Source of the DNA: Macrostomum hystrix | Taxonomy: Eukaryota > Animalia > Platyhelminthes | Length of the DNA stretch: 64,000 nucleotides | Direction of reading: 5' to 3' | NCBI GenBank assembly: GCA_950097015.1 | Contig: CATNEN010000003.1 | Coordinates: forward strand, 3,286,001-3,350,000 | Shown here: positions 53,689 to 63,519 of the stretch, piece after piece | Position numbering within the stretch: the first letter of the stretch is position 1 | Layout: the number at the start of each line of letters is the position of its first letter | The notes under the pieces: model-generated | What the model saw: only the letters and a program-made list of their open reading frames with translations | Database searches by the model: none | Told to the model about the DNA's origin: nothing | Translations under genes and position numbers: made by a program

Positions 53689-53920
53689 GAATTGCTTTAA
53701 AAACTTATCACAATCTTGCAGCTTGGTATAATCATTGTTCTAAGCAATTGTATCATTTTTACGACAAACCTGTGCCATTAAGGGCTTTTTACTCGCTTTT
53801 GGTATATTAATGTCTATAGCCTATGGTCAAGACCATCTAGTAGAATCAGAAAAGCAACTACAATTTTCTACAATAGTTCGTTGTGTATGGAGAAGAACAA
53901 AATAAGAACACAAGACTTAC

Positions 53921-54194
53921 TTCGGTGGCAATAAGTGTATAGTCTGTTTTCCAAGAAAGCACTCTCCTTTGACCCGGTCGAAATCGCTGAATCGGCACAC
54001 TGGACAAGCGCGTCGGGACATCAGCAATAACCTAAACTCGCAGCCGTCGCAGGTGCCATCAGGGCAGGCTGGTGGTAGCAACAGTCGGTCAGCGTCAGAA
54101 CTATTAGCTAATTGATTGTTATTGATATTTGCATTCGGATCGCAGCGCAGAGTCACCCTTGCCAGGTGTCCATTGGGACAGGCGTCACTGACAC
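53921..54194 (-). CDS. ELAPOR1: ELAPOR-family exon (VSDACPNGHLARVTLRCDP...LLLPPACPDGTCDGCEF...ACPVC...C)
   Basis: Diagnostic CxDGTCDGCxF motif of ELAPOR1/2; phases 1/2 consistent with neighbours. Confidence 0.93.
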
Positions 54195-54333
54195 CTGTTT
54201 AATAATTTAGATAGAGAATGGCTATCACTCAAATCTATGGCCAAAATCTGTCCTGCTAAACTGCCCGTAACTTTTGGCCATAGACATCTAAGGCATGTAA
54301 AAATAGGCCTCCATAGGATCCTTCCAAAAAGAA

Positions 54334-55145
54334 GGGGATGAGTGGCGGAGTTAAAGTCCCTGAGCGGCGAGGCCACATTCGTTTGGGGCGCAGCCGCGGA
54401 GAGAAGGCTTGGGGGCTTGTCATGCAATTTACGCCCTTGAGGGCCAACCTCGAGGGGCGAGTGGGTCAGCGGCTAACGCCGCTGCCTCGCACTCCAAAGG
54501 ACGCTAGTTCGATTCACCCTTCAAGTCAGGATTAATTTTGGGGCTTGTTGGGGGGTTTGGACAGTAGCGACCGGCGGAGGTGCACCATATTTCGTGCAAT
54601 CAAAGCTTGAAATAATAGCTTCGCTCCTACCTTCTGTGTGCCTGTTCTGCGTTATGTGAGTTGTGTGCGTTGGCGCTGGGGCGTGAGACCTTGCGGGGGG
54701 TGGCTGGAGGGCGGGTGTACACCGCCGCGCGCTTTCTGGACTTCCGTCAGCGCGATTGGATAAGTGTACACTCATCACCCGGCCCCCCTGAGGACTGATT
54801 TCTTATCAGCCTTCCGCCCAGGCTTGGTCTGCTATGTGCGTGTGGGGCTGGGGTGGGGGACACTGCTGCCTATTCTGGGTGCCTCCTGCCCTCCCCGGCT
54901 GGTCTGTGCTGCTGTGTGTGGTGCCTGCTCAGGGGAGGCGGCGCGATGGGCGCAAAAGCGCCTAGTTCGCCGGTCTGGGGGCGTGCCGCTCCGTCGCTTG
55001 TGCGACAAGTGCCCCGGCCCCCCTGCAAATAGATAGATAGAGGGCCAACCTCCAAGGCACAGTGAGAGTGTAGACTGCCTGACGATGAGAAATTGTGCTC
55101 AGGAGTCAGCGAAATGGGCAGACTTGTCTCCTCGCTGGCAGCGGA
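54334..55145 (+). mobile_element. SINE family A, copy 3 (B-box deleted), split by a SINE-C insertion
   Basis: Left half 54334-54451 and right half 55053-55145 rejoin to give CCTTGAGGGCCAACCTCCAAGGC, as in the intact copy at 9321. Confidence 0.85.
54452..55039 (+). mobile_element. SINE family C, copy 2
   Basis: Near-identical reverse complement of 49891-50485; TSD GAGGGCCAACCTC at 54439-54451 and 55040-55052. Confidence 0.92.
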
Positions 55146-55305
55146 ACACCGTTCCTTTGGGAAGGATTATTATTATCCTTCCCAAAATGGGGAAAATTAG
55201 TTTTTTCTTATGGACAAAAAATGGTTTTCCCCTAGGCTGAGATTCGAACTCATAACCTCTCGCTCAGATTGCTGATGCACCCAAGAACGAGTTTGTAGAA
55301 ATTAC

Positions 55306-55579
55306 CTCTGTCACCGGACACACCGAACCAAATATCCATGTCATAGGTCATGAGATCGGACCCAAGGCCAGCTAGTTCGTCTGAGAAGCCTTCTGTCATT
55401 AATCTATCGTCTGTTTTGCGGCGTTCAACAAAGCTGGCATTCAATAACTGGTCCGTTAGTTCGATTGGTAGCAACAGGGTTGGTCCATTGTTGCCGCCAG
55501 GGCCCGCTTTATTATTAGCTGCAGACTTTGGAACTAGAGTGCTGCGACACAGGTAAGTGTTGGAAACTCGAGTCACCAT
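55306..55579 (-). CDS. ELAPOR1: ELAPOR-family exon (MVTRVSNTYLCRSTLVP...PIELTDQL...DMDIWFGVSGDR)
   Basis: GTGCAG|ATG acceptor in phase 0, G|GTAAT donor in phase 1; Y.C.S..P and P..L.D.L match the family as recalled. Confidence 0.85.
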
Positions 55580-55629
55580 CTGCACAATTGTGGGGTTCGT
55601 TATTCTGGTTGTAGTCATGTTCAGAAGTA

Positions 55630-56570
55630 GAGAGAAGGAGACAGAGGGAGAGATAGAGAAGGGGATAGAGAAGGAGATAGGGAATGAGATAGAGAATGAG
55701 ATAGAGAATGGGATAGAGAATGAGATAGAAAGTAAGATAGAGAATGAGATAGAGAATGGGATAGAGAATGAGACAGAGAATGATATAGATAATGGGATAG
55801 AGAATGAGATAGAGAATGAGATAGATAATGAGATAGAGAATGAGATATAGATAGAGAAGGGGATAGAGAATGAGATAGAGAATGAGATAGAGAATGAGAT
55901 AGAAAATAAGATAGAGAATAAGATAGAGAATAAGATAGAGAATGGGATAGAGAATGAGATAGAGAATGGGATAGAGAATGGGATAGAGAATGAGATAGAG
56001 AATGAGATAGAGAATGGGATAGAGAATGAGATAGAGAATGGGATAGAGAATGGGATAGAGAATGAGATAGAGAATGAGATAGAGAATGGGATAGAGAATG
56101 AGATAGAGAATGGGATAGAGAATGAGATAGAGAATGAGATAGAAAATAAGATAGAGAATAAGATAGAGAATGGGATAGAGAATGAGATAGAGAATGGGAT
56201 AGAGAATGAGATAGAGAATGAGATAGAAAATAAGATAGAGAATAAGATAGAGAATAAGATAGAGAATGGGATAGAGAATGAGATAGAGAATGGGATAGAG
56301 AATGGGATAGAGAATGAGATAGAGAATGAGATAGAAAATAAGATAGAGAATAAGATAGAGAATAAGATAGAGAATGGGATAGAGAATGAGATAGAGAATG
56401 AGATAGAGAATGGGATAGAGAATGAGATAGAGAATGGGATAGAGAATGAGATAGAGAATGAGATAGAAAATAAGATAGAGAATAAGATAGAGAATGGGAT
56501 AGAGAATGAGATAGAGAATGGGATAGAGAATGAGATAGAGAATGAGATAGAAAATAAGATAGATAATGAG
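55630..56570. repeat. 12-bp repeat (GAGATAGAGAAT)
   Basis: Direct reading. Confidence 0.96.
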
Positions 56571-56832
56571 AGGAAGAGGGATAAAGATTGCAAATCACAA
56601 AGTTCTAATAAAAACTTAGTAAATCACAATTTGCAGTGCTATCCAGGCTGGTTGTAATGATGCATCTTTAATGTTTAGATAAAGCGGCAATCTATCAAAA
56701 TGTGAATATTTGAACCAAAACAGCAAACTAATCGGCTTATAGAAGTTAAAATTAGGTTATCAATCAATCAAAGCTACTCGTTAGCATTAAAATCATGGCT
56801 TTGATAGCTACTAGAGTGTTGGATCAACTTAC

Positions 56833-56874
56833 GGTGTCGGCGAATTCAGTGCCTCTCATGGCACGTAGGAAATC
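56833..56874 (-). CDS. ELAPOR1: ELAPOR-family 42-bp micro-exon (DFLRAMRGTEFADT)
   Basis: GAACAG| ... |GTAAGT; symmetric phase 0/0; no stop; coding-like island within an AT-rich intron. Confidence 0.6.
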
Positions 56875-57094
56875 CTGTTCAATTAATAATTACTCGAGTT
56901 TAAACAAACAAATATTTCTGATGACTAGCTGTGCATAAAAACTGTGCAGTGTGATTTCCAAATTGTAAAAAATAGAGAAACTAGAACTGTTTGTTATAGG
57001 GAAGGATCAGTAAAACGAAATACAATAATATAACAGTAGGCAGGGAGTGGAGAAAGAAGGAGAGGGAAGGCTTGAGGAGAGAAATAGAAACTAG

Positions 57095-57700
57095 GAGAGG
57101 GAGACAGAGAGGGAGAAAGAGAGGGATACAGAGAGGGAGAGGGAGAGGGAGAGGGAGACAGAGAGGGAGAGGGAGACAGAGAGGGAGAGGGAGAGGGAGA
57201 GGGAGACAGAGAGGGAGAGGGAGAGGAAGAGGGAGAGGGAGACAGAGAGGGAGAAAGAGAGGGAGAGGGAGAGGGAGAGGGAGACAGAGAGGGAGAGGGA
57301 GAGGAAGAGGGAGAGGGAGACAGAGAGGGAGAAAGAGAGGGAGAGGGAGAGGAAGAGGGAGACAGAGAGGGAGAGGGAGAGGAAGAGGGAGAGGGAGACA
57401 GAGAGGGAGAAAGAGAGGGATACAGAGAGGGAGAGGGAGAGGAAGAGGGAGACAGAGAGGGAGAGGGAGACAGAGAGGGAGAGGGAGACAGAGAGGGAGA
57501 CAGAGAGGGAGAGGGAGACAGAGAGGGAGAGGGAGAGGAAGAGGGAGAGGGAGACAGAGAGGGAGACAGGGAGGGAGAGGGAGAGGAAGAGGGAGACAGA
57601 GAGGGAGAGGGAGACAGAGAGGGAGAGGAAGAGGGAGACAGAGAATGAGACAGAGAGGGAGACAGAGAGGGAGAGGGAGAGGTAGATAGAGAGGGAGAAG
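57095..57700. repeat. Polypurine (GAGAGG/GAGACA) repeat
   Basis: Direct reading. Confidence 0.95.
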
Positions 57701-57836
57701 GAGAAGAAGTGGACAGAGAGAACAGTGAGGGAAAAACATGCAGAATTGGAAATTAAATGGAAACAGACAGTAAAAGTATAAACCAAGCAGCAAACAACAA
57801 TATGCAAAAGGCAAACAGAACAGGCAAGCCACCAAC

Positions 57837-58248
57837 CTTGGTGGCGTTGGACTGACAGACAGCCTGGCCAGTCAGTGACAAATTGTACAGGTGGCTGTAC
57901 TGAGCCCCGCTAAGCGCGAACATCTTGCCGCTGCTAGCTAGCAGGTGCCCCCTGCCTGGCGCATCAGCTGGCAGCAACAGTCTGTCAAGATGATAAGTCC
58001 TGCCATTGTTATCCACCGGCCTATTGTTCAATTGACAAGCGACTCCAGAGACGGCTATGAGGCCTGCTGGGCAAGGTGAGCAGGATTCCACACCGACCGC
58101 CGGGTGCCGAATCACCCTGGTGCCAGCTGGGCAGGGCAGGCAGGTGCCAGGAGATTGCGAGCCACCAGCTGATGCTGCTGTCGAACTGGCATTGTTGGCG
58201 TGTGCTTCGCCATCTATGTAGTAGTGACCCGGCATGCAGGGAATGCAC
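57837..58248 (-). CDS. ELAPOR1: ELAPOR-family exon (CIPCMPGHYYID...TCLPCPAGT...GVESCSPCPAG...YSHLYNLSL...VCQSNATK)
   Basis: Cys-rich CxxCPxG repeats and a Y.H..NLSL motif; GGCAG|G phase-2 acceptor, AAG|GTTGGT donor. Confidence 0.9.
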
Positions 58249-58309
58249 CTGCCGTCATTGGATGCAAACATCTTTGTTGTCAGCTAGATTATCTACTAAC
58301 AGAAGCGTG

Positions 58310-58616
58310 CAATCTGTAGTCACGTGACTCTCTTATCAGTGCAATCTGGAGTCACGTGACTCTCTTATCAGTGCAATCTGGAGTCACGTGACTCTCTTAT
58401 CAGTGCAATCTGGAGTCACGTGACTCTCTTATCAGTGCAATCTGGAGTCACGTGACTCTCTTATCAGTGCAATCTGGAGTCACGTGACTCTCTTATCAGT
58501 GCAATCTGTAGTCACGTGACTCTCTTATCAGTGCAATCTGGAGTCACGTGACTCTCTTATCAGTGCAATCTGGAGTCACGTGACTCTCTTTTCAGTGCAA
58601 TCTGGAGTCACGTGAC
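58310..58616. repeat. 32-bp minisatellite carrying GTCACGTGAC, 10 units
   Basis: GTCACGTGACTCTCTTATCAGTGCAATCTGGA. Confidence 0.96.
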
Positions 58617-58853
58617 AATTTGATCAATAATACAATCTGGTGTCAGGTGACTTAAAGGTGAGGTAAGTCAACATATTAATTAAAAAAATTATGTCTTGGA
58701 TAAAAATACTTCCTTAGAGTTGAGACTTATGTGAAGTAATTCCCCCCCCCAAGGAAGTTAAGCGGGATCATTTGACCTCCCCTCAGAGTGGATTATTATA
58801 GGTAGGGACTAAAAAAATGGGTTCACCTGACCCCCGTCCTAGTGAGAACTCAC

Positions 58854-59042
58854 TTGGCATCCTTGAGTCCCATCGGGCATGGGGTGCAGGCGACAGCGCC
58901 GGATCCGTTCGCATTGGTGACGTGCACCGCGAATACCTTCAGGTGATCAGCCGTGGCCTTCTCTCTGACGATCGGGTCAACCGAGACAACTGATTCGAAC
59001 ACCAGTTGAAATGTGACAGCTCCGGAGCTCTTGATTTCGTAC
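58854..59042 (-). CDS. ELAPOR1: ELAPOR-family exon (YEIKSSGAVTFQLVF...DHLKVFAVHVTNANGSGAVACTPCPMG)
   Basis: Corresponds to the D.AKIYSINVTN...C.PC segment as recalled; phase 2/2. Absent from the ORF track. Confidence 0.88.
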
Positions 59043-59164
59043 CTGTCAGGTGATTTGGACGATGCTTTTTGATCACTGAATCAATTCTAAATGAGGTCAA
59101 ACAAAATTTTTAAAAGCCTTTATGTACTCGGCGCGATCTTCAGACACGTGAATCTCTTATCGGC

Positions 59165-59915
59165 ACAGTATTGAGTCACGTGATTTTTATCAGCAAAATA
59201 TTGAGTCACGTGATTTTTATCAGCAGAATATTGAGTCACGGGATTTTTATCAGCAGAATATTGAGTCACGTGACTTTTATCAGCAGAATATTGAATCACG
59301 TGACTTTTATCAGCAGAATATTGAGTCACGTGATTTTTATCAGCAAAATATTGAGTCACGGGACTTTTATCAGCAAAATATTGAGTCACGTGACTTTTAT
59401 CAGCAGAATATTGAGTCACGTGATTTTTATCAGCAAAATATTGAGTCACGGGACTTTTATCAGCAAAATATTGAGTCACGTGATTTTTATCAGCAGAATA
59501 TTGAGTCACGGGACTTTTATCAGCAAAATATTGAGTCACGTGATTTTTATCATCAGAATATTGAGTCACGTGACCTCCTATCGTTGCAATATTAAGTCAC
59601 CAGACTTTTATCAGCAGAATATTGAGTCACGTGACCTCCTATCGTTGCAATATTAAGTCACGTGACTTTTATCAGCAAAATTTTGAGTCACGTGATTTTT
59701 ATCATCAGAATATTGAGTCACGTGATTTTTATCATCAGAATATTGAGTCACGTGACCTCCTATCGTTGCAATATTAAGTCACGTGACTTTTATAAGCAGA
59801 ATATTGAGTCACGTGACTTTTATGAGCAGAATTTTGAGTCAAGCGACTCTCATACCGGCACAATATGAGTCACGTGACTTAACGGTGCAATATTGAGCCA
59901 CGTGACTCTTATCGG
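59165..59915. repeat. 30-bp minisatellite (ATTGAGTCACGTGA[C/T]TTTTATCAGCAGAAT), ~25 units
   Basis: Direct reading. Confidence 0.96.
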
Positions 59916-59966
59916 TGTAAACTGGAATCGACTTAATAAAATCCGCAATAAAATGAGTGCTCTCAC

Positions 59967-60034
59967 GTAAAATTCTGTCTCGCCTGAGTGTTGGTCCATT
60001 TTCTGCGCAGACTTGAGCCTCCCTGGGTGGAATA
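59967..60034 (-). CDS. ELAPOR1: ELAPOR-family 68-bp exon (YSTQGGSSLRRKWTNTQARQNFT)
   Basis: TTTCAG| and AC|GTGAG; phases 0/2 link the flanking exons; W...Q.[YF]TY motif. Confidence 0.8.
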
Positions 60035-60629
60035 CTGAAAATGAAAATCGTGTAAAATGTTTACCAGAAAATCTATTGATTGATAAAATTTTATGCAATT
60101 TAAAAAAACGTAAACATAGTTTCTAATAATATGAAATGAAACACTAAAATTGAAAAAATGCAATCATTTTAAACCTAGGTTTCTTAGAAACATAATTCGA
60201 ATACTTAGCGTCTAATTTATTTCTTGCCTTTTGCTTTTTGTACCTTGAATAAATAAAAAATAGTGTTTATTAACGAGAAATTCTGAATACTTCTAATAAT
60301 AAAATACTTCTATCTATCTTTCGTTAAGCAAGTTATTATAGTATAAATATTGAAAAGCTGGTTTTTTCTGACTATAAAAAGGTCACATTTTCTAAGAATC
60401 AATGTATTGTTTCTAAGAAATAATTTTTCTATAAAAAACTTTCTGATAAGCTAATTGATCGTTATTCAAAGACTAATGTTTCATTTTTCAAGCAAATAAA
60501 ATCTTAACAGAAAATAAGTCTTTCTATCCTAATTCAGTTACTAAGAATGAATAATTTTTTAATTCAAACTTAGATTTTCTTTTAAAGAATCAGGATTATT
60601 TTTAAGAAATTTTTGACTAATTTATTATA

Positions 60630-60936
60630 ATGAATAATAATTGATTACACCTGCCCCAATTGGGCCAGATGTGCAGCCGACAGCACAGCCGCAGCTAATG
60701 GGCGGCGCATCCGAAGGCTGCGTACGGCTGTTCAGTCCATGGACTGGGGGGACGCCACACCCACCTTCAATTTACTCCAGTTAATTAATGCTGGTACCCA
60801 TTTAACAGCTGGGTGAACTGAAGCAATGCAGAGTGAAGTGTCTTGCTAAAGGACACAATTTGTTCCAGTGGAGTCGGGAATCGAACCCCCGACCTTTAAG
60901 TTGTGAGTCCGACGCCCTAACCACTAGGCTACAACC
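60630..60936 (-). mobile_element. SINE family B, full-length copy
   Basis: A-box TAGCCTAGTGG, B-box GGTTCGATTCC, CORE-like centre, (TTA)-type tail. Confidence 0.85.
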
Positions 60937-61780
60937 TATCACTAGGCTACAACCTATCACTAGGCTACAACCTATCACTAGGCTACAACCTATCACTAGG
61001 CTACAACCTATCACTAGGCTACAACCTATCACTAGGCTACAACCTATCACTAGGCTACAACCTATCACTAGGCTACAACCTATCACTAGGCTACAACCTA
61101 TCACTAGGCTACAACCTATCACTAGGCTACAACCTATCACTAGGCTATAACCTATCACTAGGCTACAATCTATCACTAGGCTACAATCTATCACTAGGCT
61201 ACAATCTATCATTAGGCTACAATCTATCACTAGGCTACAATCTATCATTAGGCTACAATCTATCACTAGGCTACAACCTATCACTAAGCTACAACCTATC
61301 ACTAGGCTACAACCTATCACTAGGCTACAATCTATCACTAGGCTACAACCTATCACTAAGCTACAACCTATTACTAGGCTACAACCTATCACTAGGCTAC
61401 AACCTATCACTAGGCTACAACCTATCACTAGGCTACAACCTATTACTAGGCTACAACCTATCACTAGGCTACAACCTATCACTAGGCTACAATCTATCAC
61501 TAGGCTACAACCTATCACTAGGCTACAACCTATCACTAGGCTACAACCTATCACTAGGCTACAACCTATCACTAGGCTACAACCTATCACTAGGCTACAA
61601 CCTATCACTAGGCTACAACCTATCATTAGGCTACAATCTATCACTGGGCTACAATCTATCATTAGGCTACAATCTATCACTAGGCTACAACCTATCACTA
61701 GGCTACAACCTATCACTAGGCTACAATCTATCACTAGGCTACAACCTATCACTAGGCTACAATCTATCACTAGGCTACAA
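60937..61780. repeat. 18-bp minisatellite derived from the SINE-B 5' end (minus-strand unit GGTTGTAGCCTAGTGATA), ~47 units
   Basis: Unit is contiguous with, and nearly identical to, the SINE start GGTTGTAGCCTAGTGGTTA. Confidence 0.95.
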
Positions 61781-61868
61781 CATAATAAAAATTTAAAACA
61801 ATTTAAAATGTGCATTTTTCATTTTAGAAACAATGTTAATCATTTCTAAGAATGCACCGAGGCCTTAC

Positions 61869-62175
61869 CTCGTACAGCGACAGCTGGCAGAGCATGCGGC
61901 ACTCTGTTTCAAATTCCAGTCGCAGTTTGGCGGCGAACGCTGGATTCTGACGCCCGAACAAGTCGCTAGTCGGCGTCAGGAAGCCGCGAGCTAGGCGGAT
62001 TTGCAGGGCCCGGGAACTGAAGCCCCTGGCGGCGGCAGTCCGCAGATAAGACCTCGTCGCCAGCCAGCCGCCATCGGGACAGCCGACATCCTGATCCGTG
62101 GCGTGGCAGGAGACACTCAGGAAATCAGCAGTGGTGCCAATCAGATCCGAAGTTAGCTTTTTCTTCTGGTCCACC
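61869..62175 (-). CDS. ELAPOR1: ELAPOR-family exon (VDQKKKL...GCPDGGWL...GF...LRLEFETECRMLCQLSLYE)
   Basis: GW...GF...FET.C...C.L pattern; phases 2/0. Confidence 0.88.
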
Positions 62176-62214
62176 CTGATGCGTAGGGATTTTTACAGAT
62201 TGGGTATAATAAAT

Positions 62215-62418
62215 ATTATTGCGCAGCGCATCTGAAGGCTGCGTACGGCTGTTCAGTCCATGGACTGAGGGGACGCCACACCCACCCTTAATCACCCCAG
62301 CTAATGCTGTTACCCATTTAACAGCTGGGTGAACTGAAGCAATGCAGAGTGAAGTGTCATTGCCAAAGGAATCGAATCCCCGACCTTCCAGCCGTATGTC
62401 CGACACTAACCACAAGAT
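62215..62418 (-). mobile_element. SINE family B, partially deleted copy
   Basis: Aligns with 60705-60925. Confidence 0.8.
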
Positions 62419-62459
62419 TAGAAACATGTTTAGGTGAAAGCCAAACAGGGATTTCAATT

Positions 62460-63078
62460 GAGAAGTAAGTATTGAATTTGGACTTCTATACTTCTAAGGT
62501 TATAAATATACTTTAACGTGAGAAGTAGACTTTGTAGGTGACAAGTAGACATTCTATTAGAGAAGTAGACTTTCTATTTGAGAAGTAGACTTTGTAGGTG
62601 ACAAGTAGACATTCTATTAGAGAAGTAGACTTTCTATTTGAGAAGTAGGCTTTCTATTTTGAGAAGTAGGCTTTCTATTATGAGAAGTAGGCTTTCTATT
62701 TGAGAAGTAGGCTTTCTATTTGAGAAGTAGGCTTTCTATTTGAGAAGTAGGCTTTCTATTTTGAGAAGTAGGCTTTCTATTTGAGAAGTAGGCTTTCTAT
62801 TTGAGAAGTAGACTTTCTATTTGAGAAGTAGGCTTTCTATTTTGAGAAGTAGGCTTTCTATTTTGAGAAGTAGACTTTCTATTTTGAGAAGTAGACTTTC
62901 TATTTTGAGAAGTAGGCTTTCTATTTTGAGAAGTAGACTTTCTATTTGAGAAGTAGACTTTCTATTTGAGAAGTAGACTTTCTATTTGAGAAGTAGACTT
63001 TCTATTTGAGAAGTAGACTTTCTATTTGAGAAGTAGGCTTTCTATTTTGAGAAGTAGGCTTTCTATTTGAGAAGTAGA
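62460..63078. repeat. 20/21-bp minisatellite (GAGAAGTAG[A/G]CTTTCTATTT)
   Basis: Direct reading. Confidence 0.95.
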
Positions 63079-63143
63079 GCTTAAGCAAGCAATTGAACCC
63101 CATGTAAAAAGCAGAGTATTAGCTAATAAGCTATGGAACTCAC

Positions 63144-63400
63144 CGCACAGTGAGTGGCATTAGCAGCCAGTTGTTAACCAGCAGTTCAATCTGTGGCTGT
63201 GTATTAGGCGGACAAGGCAGGCAATGTCCAGCTGAGTTTGTTGAGTACTGACCCACCGGACAAGCCCTACAAAGCAGGGTGGAAGTTGCACTGGACTCAA
63301 CCAGCTCGGAGCCCGGGTAGCAGGGGTCCTTTGAGCAGGACTCTTCTGGACCGGGTGCTGGAAGTTTCACACCGTCGGGCTGATCGGACTCCCGGCAAAC
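63144..63400 (-). CDS. ELAPOR1: ELAPOR-family exon (VCRESDQPDGVKLPAPG...CYPG...CRACPVGQYS...CLPCPPNTQP...W..MP); gene continues beyond the window
   Basis: Matches the .C.ED...VKLP..G....C..CNPG segment as recalled; CCCACAG| acceptor, CG|GTGAGT donor. Confidence 0.9.
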
Positions 63401-63519
63401 CTGTGGGATAAATTGTGGTGATTTTAGTGATTAATATTATTTTTTGCTGTTGAATATTTAAAATGGAATATTCGATCAAAAAAATTTTCTGCTTTCAGTT
63501 GGCGTTTAAATTAATAATA

